In this document: positions 1-14,080 of the stretch, one piece after another | Layout of the letters: every line of letters begins with the position of its first letter | Numbering within the stretch: the first letter of the stretch is position 1 | NCBI RefSeq assembly: GCF_000143415.4 | Contig: NW_003314362.1 | Coordinates: 470,657-534,656 of the forward strand | Direction of reading: 5' to 3' | DNA: 64,000 bases | Source: Selaginella moellendorffii | Taxonomy: Eukaryota; Plantae; Lycopodiophyta | Made by a program: the position numbers and the translations under genes | The notes under the pieces: model-generated | Databases searched by the model: none | Told to the model about the DNA's origin: nothing | What the model saw: only the letters and a program-made list of their open reading frames with translations

Positions 1-64
<64 letters not shown>
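1..64. repeat. (AT)n microsatellite
   Basis: Perfect AT dinucleotide run at the window start. Confidence 0.97.
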
Positions 65-69
<5 letters not shown>

Positions 70-721
70 TAAAATGATATTGTGAAGCCTATTGTATAAT
101 TAAAAGCCCATCTAGTTTTTACTGTATTTAACAAATGATTATTTCAAGCATTATTTATATAAATGGAATACAATATAGTCTTTGTGATTCCCTTAGCTAA
201 TCAATAGAATTCAAAATGCTTACTAGATATCAATCTCAATATGTTGTGTGATTTTCCTCATTCTTTAAAAGCAAGCTTTGAGCTATAAACAATATTGTGG
301 TGTCTTATATATAATACAAATCCGGAACAGGTTTTAATATGAATGACATATGGTTTTCTCAAGAATTTAAAATGTAATACAGAACTAGAATATAATATCA
401 TTTTTAATGAAGATAAAATTTAATTCTCACAAGCACTATTATAAACTGAAACACAATAAAGTTTTTAGTATAGATGACATATAATTCTCTTAAGCACTAT
501 AAATGATGAAACTAAACACAGTATCTGTTGTGTCTTATAGTAGCACATTTTAAAAATAAAACACAGAAAATAATCTTGAAATTCAACAAAAAATTAAATT
601 TTAAAAACAAAAAAGAAATGTATTGAATATTTATTTTTAATGTATCTAATATTATCAAAGTTAATCTTTTCAATTTAAATAGATATGACGGTTTTGTTAG
701 GTATTTGTTGGTTGTGTCTCT

Positions 722-1228
722 TTAAGTACACCGCAAGGTACACAACAGCTTTGCTAGGCTTTTAACACTGTTCATATATCTGTGTCCTGCTAAGGTAGGA
801 AGGAATGCCATGGTAACATTGCTTATTCCCTTCCTCAAAGTTTTCTCAGGTGAGAAATGCCAATGTCGATCCTGGTAGAGCACGACGTGTTGGTCCTTCA
901 TCAAGTAGATCCTCCATGACAATGACTGCTGATGCCCCCGACACATGATCCCCAGAAGTATGGAGTTGGACATCAAACGATCAGGATCATGATAAGCTCC
1001 CCAAGCCTTTGCCTTCGAATCATAATCCATGTCGAGCTTGGCAAATGTGACAACCACATGGTAATGTCCTGACCTCGTATATTCCCACGGCTTCTCCTTG
1101 GGAAGAATTCTCCACGCATTCGTCAGTGGATTTCCAACAGCTGAAGTCATACCAGTCTGGTCCAGATCCTCCAGCCTCCCACACACAAGCCCCACCGAAC
1201 ACGCCACGAGGAGAAACCGGTGTCCCAA
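722..1228 (-). pseudogene. F-box-associated (kelch-like) beta-propeller fragment, no F-box visible
   Basis: LLVACSVGLVC..., AVGNPLTNAWRILP and YHVVV...DYDSKAKAW match the plant F-box protein pattern 'GLVC...xNPLTxxWRxLP...YDSxxxxW'. There is no ATG start in frame and the flanks are AT-rich. Confidence 0.5.
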
Positions 1229-2594
1229 GAAAAAAAACCATTATTAAGCCATAGTTGTCCCCTACCTTGCTTACCTACATATATAAGGATTAAAAGTCTA
1301 CTGGGGCCATAAGGTACGAATGGTAAAACTATCTTTAGTGGTTATGTTTTGGCATTTTATAGTACTGAAGGGGGAGTAAAAAATATAGAATTCATATATA
1401 TAAGACTATTTTAAAGAGAAGCAATTTATAACTATCAAGGAGGAATTTTTTATAGAATTTGACAATGTTGATGAATTTGGCAAAGAAAACACAATAGAAA
1501 AATAAGAGGAGAAAATGTGCTACTTAACAAACACTAAAGGTATCTACTATACCTAATAAACCCACTAATTTTTTTCATTTTTGTTTTTGCTTTTAACCTC
1601 TTTTTTCCAACTAATCTTGATATGAAAGAATCCAAGTTTTAGAGAAGAAAGGAAGAAAACCTTCTTACAAGTTTAGGTGGAATCCATATATAAACGATCT
1701 AACCTAGGCATCAAAGATATTTGGCTACTTTCTTGCCAATATAACATTTTAAAAGACTTGGCCAAAGTTGTTTTTTAAGAGGGGTATAAAATATATAAAA
1801 AGTATATTAACAAAGATTTTGATAACAGTTTTGAGATTGCTTTAAATAATGAGGCTTTTAAACAATATAAGTTAATTTTTAAGGAGGTAAAGAAGTTTAT
1901 GTATCAATGAATCTTTATATTGAGCAAGCAAAATTTTTCTTTAATCTTTTGGTGTTTACTTATTGAATAATTTCTTAGATTTGGTTATCTTTGATTTTAG
2001 TTTTGTTTCATTAGAGTTGCCAAAGGGTATAATGAAGAAGTATAATAAAAGTAATGCAAATCAACTTTATTCCAACATTAGTCTTGTAAATGAATTTTAT
2101 AGAACTTTTAGTTAGTGTTTAGCTTTCAAAATAATATTGTAAATAATTTAGATGGCAAAAGTGTTTTCTCAACCTCACTTTATTCTAGTTGAAAACTACA
2201 TACTACAATCATGAATAGGTTGGGGTTTCAGAGGCAAATTCTAGTTAGTAATTAATTTTATAAGTATAAATTAGAGTTGCTTTGATGCTATTGTTCCGCA
2301 AAAAAATGGAAGTATAGGAAATAGTGGCTTTACTTTGTATGAATTAGCAAACATTGCTATAAATGATATTGAATACAAATTTTGGTAAATAAGTTATTTT
2401 TAAACAAATTAAAAGACCTCTAATTTTCTACAAATGACCTCTTTCACAATAGTAAAAACATATTAAAGGTGGTTGTCTCCTTCACTTCTTGATTAATATA
2501 GGGAAAAAAAAATAATATATGGGCTATTTTATTTACTACTCAATGCAATGGCCACAATGTATTTAGATTAGATTGTGATCCTTGCATTAGTGTA

Positions 2595-3318
2595 TGTAGC
2601 ACATGTGGTTTTGACCCTTTATCCTATGGTGATTTACCATAAGATAACACCACGAAGCAGAACTTAAACCCTCTTTATGCCATGTGTCATATGCCACGTG
2701 TCCAAAGGACAGTGGTGTAGAACCCGAGGTTCAGAGCCTTGGGCCATTGAACAAAGGAACGGTTTCACCCCAAGTGTCCCTTAGTATTAGGAGTTAGTCT
2801 CTGGGACAAGCTCGAAACTTACTAAATATGGAATGGTGCTAAATTGCGAATTTGGACACGGGACGAACACCATTGTGTTTAGGCTAATTTCAACATTCCG
2901 TAGATATGCCAAATGAGCAAATCTAGACACTTTCCATAAATAGTATTTAGGACCGAATTGAGACTAACACTAAGGGCATGATAGCGAGGGTGTTTAGCAA
3001 ACACGGTAAGCTATCATTTAGCAAATATTGAGGGACCAATCTCAATATCGCGGGGGTTCTTGATACTAGCAAGTGCAAACCAATGACAGGAGTTTCTCAA
3101 ACTAGGCCGAGTATGCTTAGCAAGAAACATATAGGGTTCCTACCTTATGTTTATCTAATTTAAATACACGGTCATTGACCAGTTTCTCAACTAGCCCAAG
3201 TGGGAACTAATAACGGGCCCAGAAATACTGACCTCCTGCCATCGTGGCAATAAGAAAAGAGTGTTCGTAAGGACTGGCTGACAGGTAATTTTTGATACCC
3301 GAGGTCACATTTGCGACA
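2595..3318 (-). repeat. 3' LTR of the gypsy element
   Basis: TGT...ACA termini, adjacent PPT, and homology to the blocks at 8310, 17555, 46439 and 54006. Confidence 0.85.
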
Positions 3319-6300
3319 CTCTCCCCCCCCATGAAAGATCGACGTCCTCGTCGATGCATACTCCAGTCTAAAATACCGCCAAGGAAACAACTCCAGAAAA
3401 AGTTCATGGTACTCACACTATGTGAGAAATGCACCAACTTAAATGAGTTATGAGGCAACCTCTATATCTAACGCGGATGCACTACCCACTCAGACACCTT
3501 CCAGCTGTCACCGACAAGGAAATGACCAACGAAGTTAGCCACCCTTGCTGCTTTGGTTATCACCCAGCTTACAAAAGTGTGATACACCCCTACCTGTAGG
3601 GACATAGAGAAAGAAGCCAAAGGCCCCAATGCTCCTGAGCAAAGAAACTAAACCTGTCAGTAAGGTTTAGATAAACTACTGTAAATAGGCAGTTAGAGTT
3701 GTTTACATGGTCACACCCTTTTAATGGAATAAGGAACATCGGCAGAGCGGTGGGTTATGTGACCAGTCGACAGTAGCTACCCCATGACTAAAGATTTCAT
3801 CATGCACACGAAGTGTCAAAGCCAATTTACCTATACTAGCCCAAACTCAAAGATCAATAGATGGACAATATCAAAGTCAGAGACAATGATATCTGAGAGA
3901 CTTAATTATCAATGAATAAATCTTTGATTAGAACACAAATGTTCCAAGTAAGTTATCATCTAATAAACTAGTATTATAGTATAGGAACCACCATAGTTGG
4001 AAAATATAAGATTCACTATTCAACAAAATTCAATAGCAAGTATATCATCAAGTAAACTCAATGATAAAGCTTAATTATCAAAGATTGCAAACAGAATGCC
4101 AAACAATTTACGAAAGATAACTCAAAGAACACAAAATATCATTGATAGGCAAGCAAAATGCTCGCGAATGTATCACCCAAAGGAAATAACATCCTAATCT
4201 ATCAGAACTAACTCAAGCAACAATCAACAAAATAGAATGAATGTGGGAAGACCAACAAACACTCATTCATGTCAATTATCGCACTAGTTAATCTGAATAG
4301 ATTCTGGCCAACAATACAAAGGAATTCAAGTTGCTTAAGCAAGTGTTAGCAACATCCTATTGATGTCTCAAACCCAAGAGACCAATCCAGAGTAAACCAT
4401 AAAGAACATGTGGTTTTGCGAAAAGTCATAAGCTATCAAAAAGCATAACTAACTATTATAGAAGATCATCAATCATCCAATCAATAAAGAGATGCATAAT
4501 CATTATCAAAGAAAGAATCTACCATCCCAAAGAACGGCAAATCATTCTCTATTAACAATAGTCAAGCAACACCTTTGACAAGGATAATCAATTATCTTAG
4601 ATAATAGTCAATCATCACCAATGATTGCCAAATGCAAAAGTTAACTTCAACATTGAAGCTAATAAGCCAAAATGCCTTCCCCAACAACTTCTAACAAATG
4701 AAACAATAAGTACAAAACTCAAGAACCAAAAGCTCGAAGAAGCTTATAACCAAGTCTTGCATAATAATGATCATGAGTCTTATATGAACAAACTTCAATG
4801 CTAAAAAAGAAATCATGGTATAACCCACAACATCCTCCTCAACACATCCATAAACTAAACTTCATAATGCGAAACTAATAAAGAGTATATCTATATCAAT
4901 CCAAAAATAATGAAGCTATGCTCAACAAGTGATCACTAAACAATCCTCCATGAATCCATCTATAGCAAGACGTAGCTCACTTCATAATAAGCATAAAAAG
5001 AATCATTAATGATTGATATATTCTAACTCAAATCCAATAAGGATTCAAATATTCCAATATCAATCACTTAACTCTTCCTCTCATAAAGCCAGTATAGTCC
5101 ATGACTAAATCACTTTTCAAGGAAAAGTTCAAAACTCAACCTCTACTAAACAATCTTGTCTAGAACACAATTAACTCAAACTTGCCACTCAGCTCGTTTG
5201 AACGTCAATACAGTTGCTAATTAGCAAATGTACAAATGCGAATAACACAAAGCCATAGCCAAATCATCAACACTATCTTCATCGAGACTAATGAAACTCA
5301 ATATCAATCTTACAAAGAGGCATCTCATTTCACTTGATTCTCAACATTAATAATATCAATAACAAGACATCACTTCAATGCCATCAACACCATAATAAAG
5401 CTAGAAGAAAGCATGAGTGAATCACCACTCAAAACTTTTTAGCAACTAAGCTAACTAAGGTCGCAAATACTTTACTCAGCATCTGAGACCAATCCTTTAA
5501 CAAAACTCAATTACAGATAACACATTATCAAGGAGTGATTCATCACATCCAAGACTCAATGAAATCTAACACTACGAACTAAACACAACTAAATGATATC
5601 GACAAAGGTAGAGTTGATATGCCAACATGGAAAACCCATATAAGTCTAACAACACAATCCTCCGCAACATCATCTGGTAAAGCATGCTCATCACTGCTAA
5701 ATCTTCATCGAGTGAAGCAAGTGTCAAAAGTCCTTGACAAAGTCTACAAGCAATCATTAGTTGCAAAGCAACCAACAATCACTCTTTAACTTGCTTTCAC
5801 AAAACCCAAACACTAAACTTACGTCATCAAGTCATACACTTGTCCAACATGAATATAATACCCCAGGTACAAAATAAAGGTTCATGGACAAGCAAGAACT
5901 AAATGACCACTCGAATCCAACTCAATCGCAATAAGCTCACCAATGTGTTTAACCAATAGCTCTAAGCATGTCTTGAAGAGGTTAGTTATGCATGATCAAC
6001 ACTTAGTCGAAACTAAAGTGAAAACCATGAGATGAATTCATATCGGTACTTAACCTCCTCATAGACAAAGCTATAGTACGGGGACTAACATCTTAACCGC
6101 AAACAACTAAGTTAGACATCACTATCCTTAGCCAAGGTGCAAGGCCACCAAGACCAAATCAAAATTAGTGAGAGCTCACTATTCTCATAGAGTCTTAACG
6201 AAATGCAAAGTGCAATTTGCCACCAAACAGAATACTATAGAAGAAAAGCATAAGGGTCACCTTTCTAGAAAAGTGCAATGGCCACTTTTCTACACTAACT

Positions 6301-8309
6301 CTAGATTCTATTTAACTTAATTGCCTTAGCCCCAAAAGTCAGCATTTCTTTTGGATTGCATCATACAAACTACTTACTAAAGTTTAGGCTAATGAAAGTC
6401 AACTCCAACCCTTTCACTAGTTTGTATTGGCTTACAAAAATGGAATGATTTTCAAGCAAAGTGACTAATAGATTAGCCATTGGAAAAGTCTAAGAAAATT
6501 TGTGGAAAAATTTCCATTTTAGAGAAAGAATGACTCTTAGTCCAGGAATGCAAACTTTTAAGACTCAACCAACTTCCTTCTACCTACTACTTCCCATAGG
6601 TTCATTTCAACACCAATTCTCATGACTTATAGTATGCTTAAGCCTCGAACATCTTTGCCCATTTTTTCGATATCTAACATTGACATCTGCAAAATGCAAA
6701 GTGAACATCCAAGGCTTAATCACGAAGACCACATCTTCAGATATCCATATTGCACTAATACTCTTTTTCAATCACCTTCAAGATCCAATGTGAAGCCAAA
6801 CACTAACAAGAAAAAACGACATGGAAAAATCAAGGTCTAAGGAAAAATTCCTCATCACTCAATATGATAATGTCATCTCCACTAATACAAGTGCTAGTGA
6901 TGTCAATGCCTCAATTACACACTTTCTCCATCTAACAATCTACTTCAAGTGCTAACGGATAAACCAATAAGCCATAACAAGTGAATGCTATAACCTTTTT
7001 TCCAACATCTTAATGAGCAAACCTTTCAAGGAAACAACATACCAACTTAAGTTTAGTATAATGAATCACCATTGAGAATCCAGTTAAAGCTACTACAATG
7101 CTACTACATGCAAGTAGACTAACTTCACCATCAACCACTTTGGGGTCATCGTTTTAACCAAGCAACTTCGTAAACACATTACTCATTATCACATGGATAT
7201 GATATAAAAATCACAATGACTTGATCATCAATCAAGCAACACCACGAGCAATGCCAATATCATTACTTCAAAGGTTTATATGAATATCAAGTGTCAACTT
7301 AATTCGATAAAATGTAACATAAATGCCACACTCCACCAATAGCAATTTACAACACTCAACACCACTAACTTTTGTTCACAACACAGACAAACTCATGCCA
7401 CTCTCTTTCCGACCAAACTCAAAACTAATCCAACACCAAGCTACTTAAGGAACAATAACAAGGTTCCTAGAAAAGAATTGAACATTGTAACTTAAGTCTT
7501 CCAATAGCAAGCCTAGACAAAATGGTTTAGCGCTTCACCACTATCCATCCCATAACTCACTATTTGTAAGACCATCATCTCCAACATGCATCAAGATAGG
7601 GACTCTTGATTGCATGATATGAACATGAGCAATGAGTCACACCTCGTTGCAAATCATATCTCCAATGAGAGAAAATGATTTACGTGTTTGATCCTTCGTC
7701 CTTGACGACTCTCTTTTCGGTCTCATCTTTAACTAAATCTCAATCTTGCATTGGCACTGCCTTTAGTCTAATCCAAGAAAAGTTTATGAGAGAGCACAAC
7801 AATGGTTACTTGAATCAATAGACTCATCCCTATAGTCTTAATTGATTCACTTGTAATCATGCCTAGGAAGGATTCACTAGTGCCATGCTAAATAGCTATG
7901 GACCAGCCTATTTGCCACTCATAGCGAACCCAGGGAAAGTTTATTTTCACCCATGGTACATAAAACAACTCACAGAACCATTAGAACAACTCATGGAACC
8001 ACCGATAGACTAACATTAATCCTGCCAACTTAAAGTGTAACCTTGAGTTGCTAATGTGCCTCACTCATGAGCTCTAGCGTAAACTCGTGCTAACGAAACA
8101 TCTCACAACCATCTTATGAGCCCAAGAGCAAGCTCATACAATGCGGTACAAAAAGGTAATTAAACTCTATACTCAAGGAACGAATGCGAAGCCTTTTCAC
8201 TCAAACGTGTACCCACTCAGATCATCGTATTCATCTTTGTGTATGCAACGAGACTAGTTGCCCAATCTCATTGGATAATACTCGCTGAGAAGATTCCTTT
8301 GATACCAAA

Positions 8310-9070
8310 TGTAGCACACGTGGTTTTGACCCTGCTAGCTGGTGATTTACTATAGGATAACACCACGAAGCGGAACCTAAACCCTCTTTATGCCACATGA
8401 CACATGCCACATGTCATATACTATGTATCCAAAGGACAATAGTGCAGAACTCGAGGTTCAGAGCCTTGGGCCATTGAACGAAGGAACAGTGCCAAACTCC
8501 CAAGCATGGAGCCAAGGAGTGACGGAACCGGTCCACGGAGCAACTCCCAAGCATACAGCCCAAGGAGCGAAGGGATAGAAGCCCGGAGCGACTTCGAACA
8601 ATCCTAGAGCAATTAGCATCTTATTGCTAGGACCAGCACACAAAACAGAGACAAATAGAGTCTGGCACTATTCCGGCATACCGGTGGCCTAACGCAAGGA
8701 CATGAGTACTCCACCAGCTAGCAGGGCTTAGACCCAAATCGGACGTAGAACAAGGATAGGCACGCAAGCGGGAGCTAAACTATGCCTCAGATTAGTCAGC
8801 CATGCCCGACCTACCCACTCTCCCTGGGACAAGCTCGAAACTTATTAAATATGGAATAGTGCTAGATTGCGAATTTGGACACGGGATGAACATCATTGTG
8901 TTCAAGCCGATCTCTACATTCCGTAAATATGCCAAATGAGCAAATCTAGACACTTTCCATAAATAGCATTTGGGACCGAATTGAGACTAACGCTAAGGGC
9001 ATGATAGCGAGGGTGTTTGGCAGACACGGTAAGCTATCATTTAGCAAATATTAAGGGAACAATCTTAATA
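8310..9070 (-). repeat. 5' LTR of the gypsy element, outer end truncated
   Basis: PBS at about 8300-8307. Similarity to the 2595 LTR ends near 9070, just before the 3.3-kb duplicated block. Confidence 0.8.
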
Positions 9071-9309
9071 TTCTATCTATATATCTTAACAAGTGATCCA
9101 GGCCAGGCCAGGCCACAGCGACGACTAGCGCGTGGATCTCCCACCGGATCGGCATTGATAGCTGCCAAGAGAAATAATTGGATGCTCGCCATCGAGAAAA
9201 AGAGTAACATGGGCAAATGACGCGATCGCAATCTTCCAAGAGAAAGAACCTCGATCTTTCATCTTCTGGAAGATTTCCATACATTCCATACACTTTCCAT
9301 ACATTTCTA

Positions 9310-9620
9310 TGACCAGATTAGCAAGGAACCTCGAGGCCGCTGGAGACGATTTTCCTCGTGGATGCGCCTTCCCCCTCCCAGATCTGTGCTCACCGCATTC
9401 TCGCCCAGGCGCCCACCACTGGAGATTGCTCCTCCTTCCTGCAAATCTTCGCTGGATGGCACCTCCTCGTCAAGGCTCAAGAACGATGCCATGGAAAACC
9501 ACCGCCATTGCCATTATACGCTACTGCTGCACATTTTCGATCCAGGGGGCTCTTTACCCGGGCGGTCTGCTGCTGCCGGGCGTGCTCTACGAGTTGAGCA
9601 GCATGGTCTTTCTTCTCAGT
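9310..9620 (+). pseudogene. Possible frameshifted F-box gene fragment (also at 20735-21045)
   Basis: Pieces HRILA.., PPLEIA..SCK.., WHLLVK and GGLLL are spread over three frames. Confidence 0.3.
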
Positions 9621-10789
9621 CTCAGACATCTTCAAACTAGGCTCACAAGCACAAGCACTGCTTTTCCGCGGTATGTATGGTTCTTCTCGTGCTCATTTTG
9701 CTTATACTCTTGTCCAGTCCAGATCACTTCATTCCTCATCTTCGCCACCCTTTGGCCTCGAGCATTTTCCAAGATAAAATGGAGGCCTGTAGTGAGTGAC
9801 CACAACGCAACTTGTGATGAGATGAGTTGGTGACCTGGTATACTTTTTTGTGTTATGCCATCTGCTCTTTGGAAACTTTTGAGAAAGCTTGCTCTGAGCT
9901 AATTGAGTTTGAGCTTGGTCAAGGCTCTCACAGGTTTATTGGATCTCTGGTGCAACCCTGGAGTTTTGTTTGCGGGTGAGTAAGCTTTCACGGTTTCAGA
10001 GCAATATATTATATTATTGCCAAGAAAAGGCATCAAAACTTGGAGCTCCAGAGTCTCACGCCCCGAGGATTTGAAAGGATCCAAACCTATGGACCTCCAG
10101 CTTGGACAACCAAGTGAGAATAGATTCCCGGGACCATGGTGCCTGGATCAAATCAAACTCGAGCTCAGACAAGCCATCTTCCAGAACAATATCTTAAACG
10201 GATGTTGCTGGTTCTTGTTGCAGCATGCTTATACTTTGTTTCTCAAAAATAGCTTCTGCATCAACTGCTTGCTCAGATTGAGATGCAGAGTCCATCCAAC
10301 CCGTTTTGTTTGCCATGGCCTCGCCACAGCATGGAGAAAGTGAGAGTTTCATTCCATCGAGAAGAGAATGGTTTCTTTCTTGAGCTTGACAGCAGCAACG
10401 CGCTGCGCGCCATGCGCCACAAAACGAAAATCTCTTGCGCCGCTGTTTACATTATGGTATCCGTTAAGAAGCAATTAGTGTACACTTTGGACGGGAACCT
10501 GATGGCCGGGTACCTGGCTAGAATAAAAAAATATATTGGCAAGGTCACAGGTTCGATTCCACAGCCAGAGAGCCAATCAAATTTTTTTGTATGAACGAGG
10601 GATTTCTCTGCTCCGCAAAGTCGCTCTCGGCAGCGTTGCTGGAGCTAAATCTTCTCTAGGCGCGACGCCACGAATGATCCACGCCGCCGCGCCGGGTTCA
10701 GGCTCTTGGATCGCGCGATATTCCCTTTCGCTGGCAAATGCGAGCAGCAAGAACAGGGCATTCGATCGATGCGGCGTCAATCTTGTTCG

Positions 10790-11120
10790 ATTAGGAGTTC
10801 CGTGATGGTCTCCTGGAACGCGATGGTCACCGCGTATGTGGCGGCATCCCGCATCCGAGAGTGAGAGTGTATGTTTGATTGCGTCTCAGAGCGCCATGGA
10901 ACTCGATGATAATGGCGCTCGCGCAGCAGGGGCAAATTGTGGCAGCGAAATCGAGCTTGGGCAAAAACGCCGGCCAAGGATCTGGTTCTGGTGTCCTGGA
11001 CGAATCTACTGCCCAGAATGACAGGACGTTCCATGGGTTCCCCTTCCAGCAGTGAATAGCAGAGGGGGGATTTGGCCACCTCCAAAGAAATGTTTGATTT
11101 CATGCCGGATGAAGACGGTA
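10790..11120 (+). pseudogene. PPR (PLS-type) gene fragment, repeated at 12806-13090 and 22208-22540
   Basis: SVMVSWNAMVTAY and 'KEMFDFMP' are typical PPR motif pieces, interrupted by stops. Confidence 0.6.
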
Positions 11121-12799
11121 TTGATTCGGCCAGTAGCTGCTCTCCAGGATCCGCGCGTGGATCCTCTGGCCTCGCAGCCACGTGGACAATCAGATGGATT
11201 CCAAATCCTTTTCAATAAGAGGTGCTGAAATAATATTTTGTTATCACCCAGTGTTCATGGCTTTGTGGTTATAGCATGCACGCTGTAATGTTCTATTGTG
11301 AAGGGTTGCTGGGTTCGATTCCCATCCGCCTCGACTTTCAATTAAGAATAATACGGTGTTAGGGTCGCCCCCTAACATGAACACTATTTTATTATTTTAT
11401 TATTCTACTATTTTATTATTAAATTAACTGTGTTGTTGAGTACCATTTTATTATTTGCCTTTTTATTATTTTACTATTTTATTATTAAATTAACTGTGTT
11501 GAGTTTCTAGGTGTTAAGTACCATTTTATTATTTTCCTTTTTTTAACACTATACAATTTACTTGTGAGAGTGACTCTCCTCAAAATCTCACCTAAGATTA
11601 ACTGTCGACATTATTACAGACTTAAACAAACAGATCATTAAAAAGTATTAACTTAGGTGCATCTCCACTGTAGTCATGCAATCAAATTTTGTGGAAGGGA
11701 AGATATATATTTGATTTGCTCCAGTAGCACACAAACAGCACAAACATGCCATTGAGCTTACCAATTCGATCATATACACCAAATTCTCATCAGTTGTCAC
11801 TTCAGCATAATCTATCAATCACACACAATGTTGTGCCATTGAATTCTCGATGACCCTGCCAGCATATGCAAGCCTTCCTCACCAATTGAACAAGAAAGAC
11901 GCTAGACAACAAGCTAGAAATAGTGAATGAGAATGAACTTTTAAACGCAGTTTATATTAGTGGTAACTACAAACAAATAAAAGGTTAAGAGCGATACATC
12001 ACAGCCGTTGGATTAAAGGATATCTTAGAATATACCATCCAAACCGTTAGATTTTAGTGCGGCTACGGTTTCGCAAGGTGAGAGAGACTCGGGTATTCGT
12101 CTTCCTCTGTGCAGCGGAAAGCTGCCATCTCTCGATGTTTGGGTGGCTTGAATCCCTCGGAGCTCTCCATCCGGTTGCACCCAGACAAAGGCGACGTTTT
12201 CCATCCCCTCTCTCTCAACTACACAACGGGCCTGTCGTGCCGGACTTGGGACGAGCTGGTCCAGGAGCTCAGCTGCATCTATTCTGACGCAATTGCTTCG
12301 CTCCCTGACACATCCCTTCCGGACGCCAAGACGCGGCAAAATGCGGCGATCATCCAAAGGCATCCAGCCGCCCAAGGACGAAAGGGAGCCGACTTGGATG
12401 TCGAAGGTGTCCGAGATTTGCAGAGGTAGGATCGACGTGGACTTGCTTTTGTGCCACAAAATCATGCTCGCCTTTCACTACCATCTGGACATGAACGATT
12501 CAATCAAGATTGCCAGGACCTGATCACGCAAGAAGAAGAAGAGCTCTACATTGATCGTCACCTCCCTCGAGCTCAAGCTGACGAGATTGTGTGCGAGATC
12601 TCTCAAGTTTTGCCACAGTCGTACCGGTGGCTGGGTCTGGAGGAGATGGACAGCAAAGAGGAGGTTTTCCGCGTGATCAACTGGGACGTGGAGGTGAGGA
12701 GCTCCAATCTCAGCCAGGCAAACAAGCTCTTGGATTGACGTGGTCGGTTGGCACTCACTCAGTACACTGTATGCCCAGTCCGGGCATCTTGAGATTTCC

Positions 12800-14080
12800 A
12801 GGAACAAGGAGTTCCGTGATCGTCTCCTGGAACGCGATGATCACCGTGTATGTGGCGGCATCCCGCATCCGAGAGTGAGAGTCTATGTTTGATTGCGACT
12901 CAGAGCGCCATGGAACTCGATTATAATGGTGGTCGCGCACCAGGGGCAAATGAAATCGACCTTGCGCAAAAACGCCGGCCAAGGATCTCATGTCCTGGAC
13001 GAATCTACTGCCCAGAATGGCAGGACGTTCCGTGGGTTCCTGAATACCAGGAGGGGGGATTTGGCCACCGCCAAAGAGATCTTAGACATGGTGCATGGAC
13101 GGCGATGACGACAGCCACCAAGGCGTCGTTGCCCTCACGAAGAACAGCTTCGGTCAAATCCCGGAGAAGAATCCAGTACCGTGGATTCTCGCATTTGCGA
13201 GAATGGGCATTTTGACAAGGCCGTTCACGAGATCCTGCGCAAGACCATTGTCTGCTGGATAACTCTCACGCAAGTTTCAACTTGAGCGCCGCCAGGAGCA
13301 TGTTTGAGAGCATGAAGATGCGCACCTTAGTTTCCCGGACCAATCCCGGACCAAAACGGGCACTACGATCAAGCAGTGGAAGTCTTCCAGCTTATGAATC
13401 TCGGGGGTGTCAAGCCGGACGAGTTGATGTTCCAGAGCGTTTTAACATCGTGCAGCCATGCCGAGCTGGGAACACTTGGTCTTGATCAGCCAGTACTTTG
13501 GGATGGTGGCGAGGAGAGGGCACTCTATATTTCTGCATGATCGACGTCCTGGGTCGATCCAGGAGAACTTTGAGTGTGGAGGAGCTCGTCAAACTCGATG
13601 CCATTCCTTCCAGATGTCGTGATCTGGATGGGAGCTTGCCTCCTCCATGGCTGATTGTGCTGAGAGAGTCGCAGCAAAGATCTTTGAGAGCGCTGGAGCC
13701 CTGCTACACTAGCGGTCTCTCAAACATGTACTCTGTCGATTACACATTGGGAGGTGGGACAAGGTCTCGATGATCTGGAACCTGATGAGGTCGAGGCGAG
13801 TGAGAAAAGTTCCAGGGATCAGTAACATCGTTCGAGTTGGTAGCAAAGTTCACAGCTTCGTGGTCGCAGCAAAGACATCGTCGAGGAGTGTAGGGGAGAG
13901 AGCAAAAGGAGGAGCTGCTACACTACCACCAGCGTTGTGGCTTTTGGATTGATCAGCAAGGCACAAGGGATATACGTTGCAGTGAAAGCATTGCTTTCCC
14001 ACAGTTCATCTTTCGCTCTAAATAATCTTGTGAAGGACAGCCACCTTTTGACCCCGAGTGAAATGTGACATCAGCCTTGG
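12800..14080 (+). pseudogene. Decayed PPR-E-DYW gene
   Basis: VSWNAMIT.., ARSMFESM, CMIDVLGRS, VRKVPGIS...VHSFV and VAFGLIS occur in the canonical order across frameshifts. Confidence 0.65.

Larger units (their letters stand above)
2595..9070 (-). mobile_element. Decayed Ty3/gypsy LTR retrotransposon (3' LTR 2595-3318, internal 3319-8309, truncated 5' LTR 8310-~9070)
   Basis: Two similar blocks begin TGTAGCAC(A/G) at 2595 and 8310. An iMet-type PBS (TGGTATCA, minus strand) abuts 8310, and a PPT (GGGGGGGGAGAG, minus strand) lies at about 3319-3330. Stop-riddled pol remnants appear in RT-RH-INT order on the minus strand. Confidence 0.85.
9089..12402 (+). repeat. Segmental duplication copy 1 (~3.3 kb)
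   Basis: Near-identical to 20514-23820, with the same ORF translations in the track, a few SNPs and a net 7-bp indel near 10647. Confidence 0.95.

Noticed and set aside
1250-2560. Possible DNA-transposon remnant
   Set aside because: Too degenerate; no termini or motifs I can support.
9309-9833. 174-aa ORF present twice
   Set aside because: The conservation only reflects the recent duplication; the protein-like pieces are scattered over several frames.
11250-11335. Functional tRNA gene
   Set aside because: No acceptor stem or full cloverleaf; kept only as a SINE-like candidate.
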